Shown piece after piece: positions 22,982-24,000 of a DNA stretch of 24,000 bases. Under the pieces are notes generated by a model. It was not told the origin of the DNA and ran no database searches. It worked only from the letters and a program-made list of their open reading frames with translations. The stretch spans positions 2,279,826 to 2,303,825 of the forward strand of contig CP138355.1 of the NCBI GenBank assembly GCA_033584155.1, given 5' to 3'. A program made the position numbers and the translations under genes. Origin of the DNA: Candidatus Electrothrix scaldis (GTDB lineage: Bacteria > Desulfobacterota > Desulfobulbia > Desulfobulbales > Desulfobulbaceae). Within the stretch, counting starts at the first letter, position 1, and each line of letters begins with the position of its first letter.

Positions 22982-24000
22982 TTACTTTTCTCCTGTTGAC
23001 AACAAATCCACGATGCTAAGTATGGACGTGACTTCTGGAAAGGCATCATGAATAGTGTTTTTTAAACTGGCAAAAAATTGTACGACCGACACAATAACAC
23101 AGCCGATCTCGTCTCGTTCAATGATCGTTGGCGATTCAATACATGTGCCAGACAGCGTTACCCCTTGACGAACAACAGAATCATCGACATAATGTATATG
23201 TCTAGCAATATCGCTGTTAATCTTTTTAGTGACGTGGTGAAAAAAATCATAGAGGTATGAATTTATTCCCCAAAATACAATATCTCCGTGTTGGTCAATC
23301 ATTCTCTGAACGCTTTCTGCTGCTCTTGCGACCACCTCCTCAACAATAGGGGCAGTATGCCTTCTGCCGCATTCAGAGCATATTAAACTGCTGGTAATAA
23401 ATAGGCGGACGTCTTTCCAGAGGTTTTTATACCCACAGGATACGCACTCACCTTCAAGTGTTATATGACCATTATGCCAGTGAATATTCAGGGTGTGACA
23501 TTCTGCCGGAATAGCTTGTGATTTCCTGGGCAAAGAGAGTATTTGACCAGCCAGCCATGCATGATCAGCATCGGACATTGTTGACAACTTGACGACAGGA
23601 CATGACTGCCTGATAAACTGCACCGGGTCTGAAATAATTCCTTGCGCTCTCGCATGCTCATAGAGCGGAGTCCCAGGATAGGTTACAAGCATACTTAATT
23701 GCAATTGATAGTGACTATGCTTTTTCCACCATTCAAGCGTGTTGTAAGCGGTCTGTCGGGTTTCTGCCCTGTCTCCGAAAATTAAGTTGCCTTGTATACC
23801 GATACCTGACCGGTACGTTAATTTTAACGCCTTTTCAGATTGTTCAATGGTAATGCCTTTCTGCATACTTTTTAAGACAGTATTATCAGCGCTTTCAATG
23901 CCTAATGAAATCGTGCTGCAGTTGGCATCTTTTAACATTGTCAGAACATCTCTTGAAATATCAGAGACTCGAAATTGTGCCCACCATTTCACCTCATATT
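22982..24000 (-). CDS. radical SAM family protein, C-terminal ~339 codons (5' end outside window), with Cys4 zinc-ribbon-like and Rossmann-like C-terminal extension
   Basis: The frame is open to the window edge (..YEVKWWAQFR..). The late rSAM core reads ..LKDANCSTISLGIESADNTVLKSMQKGIT..GIQGNLIFGDRAET... The tail carries CVSCG..(x17)..CSECG, then DIVFWGINSYLYDFF..IHYVDDSVVRQGVTLSGTCIESPTII..CVIVSV. The CxxxCxxC motif itself must lie beyond 24000. Confidence 0.65.
   Translation of the reverse strand, partial: YEVKWWAQFRVSDISRDVLTMLKDANCSTISLGIESADNTVLKSMQKGITIEQSEKALKLTYRSGIGIQGNLIFGDRAETRQTAYNTLEWWKKHSHYQLQLSMLVTYPGTPLYEHARAQGIISDPVQFIRQSCPVVKLSTMSDADHAWLAGQILSLPRKSQAIPAECHTLNIHWHNGHITLEGECVSCGYKNLWKDVRLFITSSLICSECGRRHTAPIVEEVVARAAESVQRMIDQHGDIVFWGINSYLYDFFHHVTKKINSDIARHIHYVDDSVVRQGVTLSGTCIESPTIIERDEIGCVIVSVVQFFASLKNTIHDAFPEVTSILSIVDLLSTGEK

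Noticed and set aside
1-24000. CRISPR arrays, rRNA or tRNA genes
   Set aside because: I saw no regularly spaced direct repeats, no rRNA-like conserved blocks and no foldable cloverleaf on either strand.

Overview
This 24-kb window looks like chromosome from an anaerobic Desulfobacterota-type bacterium; that guess rests on gene content only. The left ~13.5 kb is GC-richer core DNA. It holds a truncated pyruvate:ferredoxin oxidoreductase on the minus strand, which is missing from the ORF track because its stop lies outside the window. It also holds a HAD phosphatase, an ECF-type Ni/Co uptake operon ordered M-L-K-Q with no ATPase gene, and a small 2x[4Fe-4S] ferredoxin. Next come an unusual secreted 30-cysteine tandem-repeat protein with a beta-barrel-like C-terminus, an unknown 4-TM protein, an orphan sigma54-dependent response regulator, a HAD-IB hydrolase, miaB and an orphan livG. 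The right ~10.5 kb is AT-richer and carries several mobile elements. These are a PD-(D/E)XK (Rpn-like) gene, an IS1380-type element with intact ends and a 5-bp target duplication but a twice-frameshifted transposase, an Rpn C-terminal fragment, and a 224-bp MITE-like insertion with a 9-bp target duplication. That region also carries a compact minus-strand cluster: radical SAM, B12-radical SAM, carbamoyltransferase, ArnE-like small DMT protein and a GT-C glycosyltransferase. I read this cluster as an uncharacterised polyprenyl-linked sugar tailoring and transfer pathway. The two most interesting items are the Cys-repeat/beta-barrel protein beside the nickel/cobalt importer and that radical-SAM/carbamoyltransferase/GT-C cluster. 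I found no rRNA, tRNA or CRISPR array. All functional calls come from reading motifs by eye; no searches were run.
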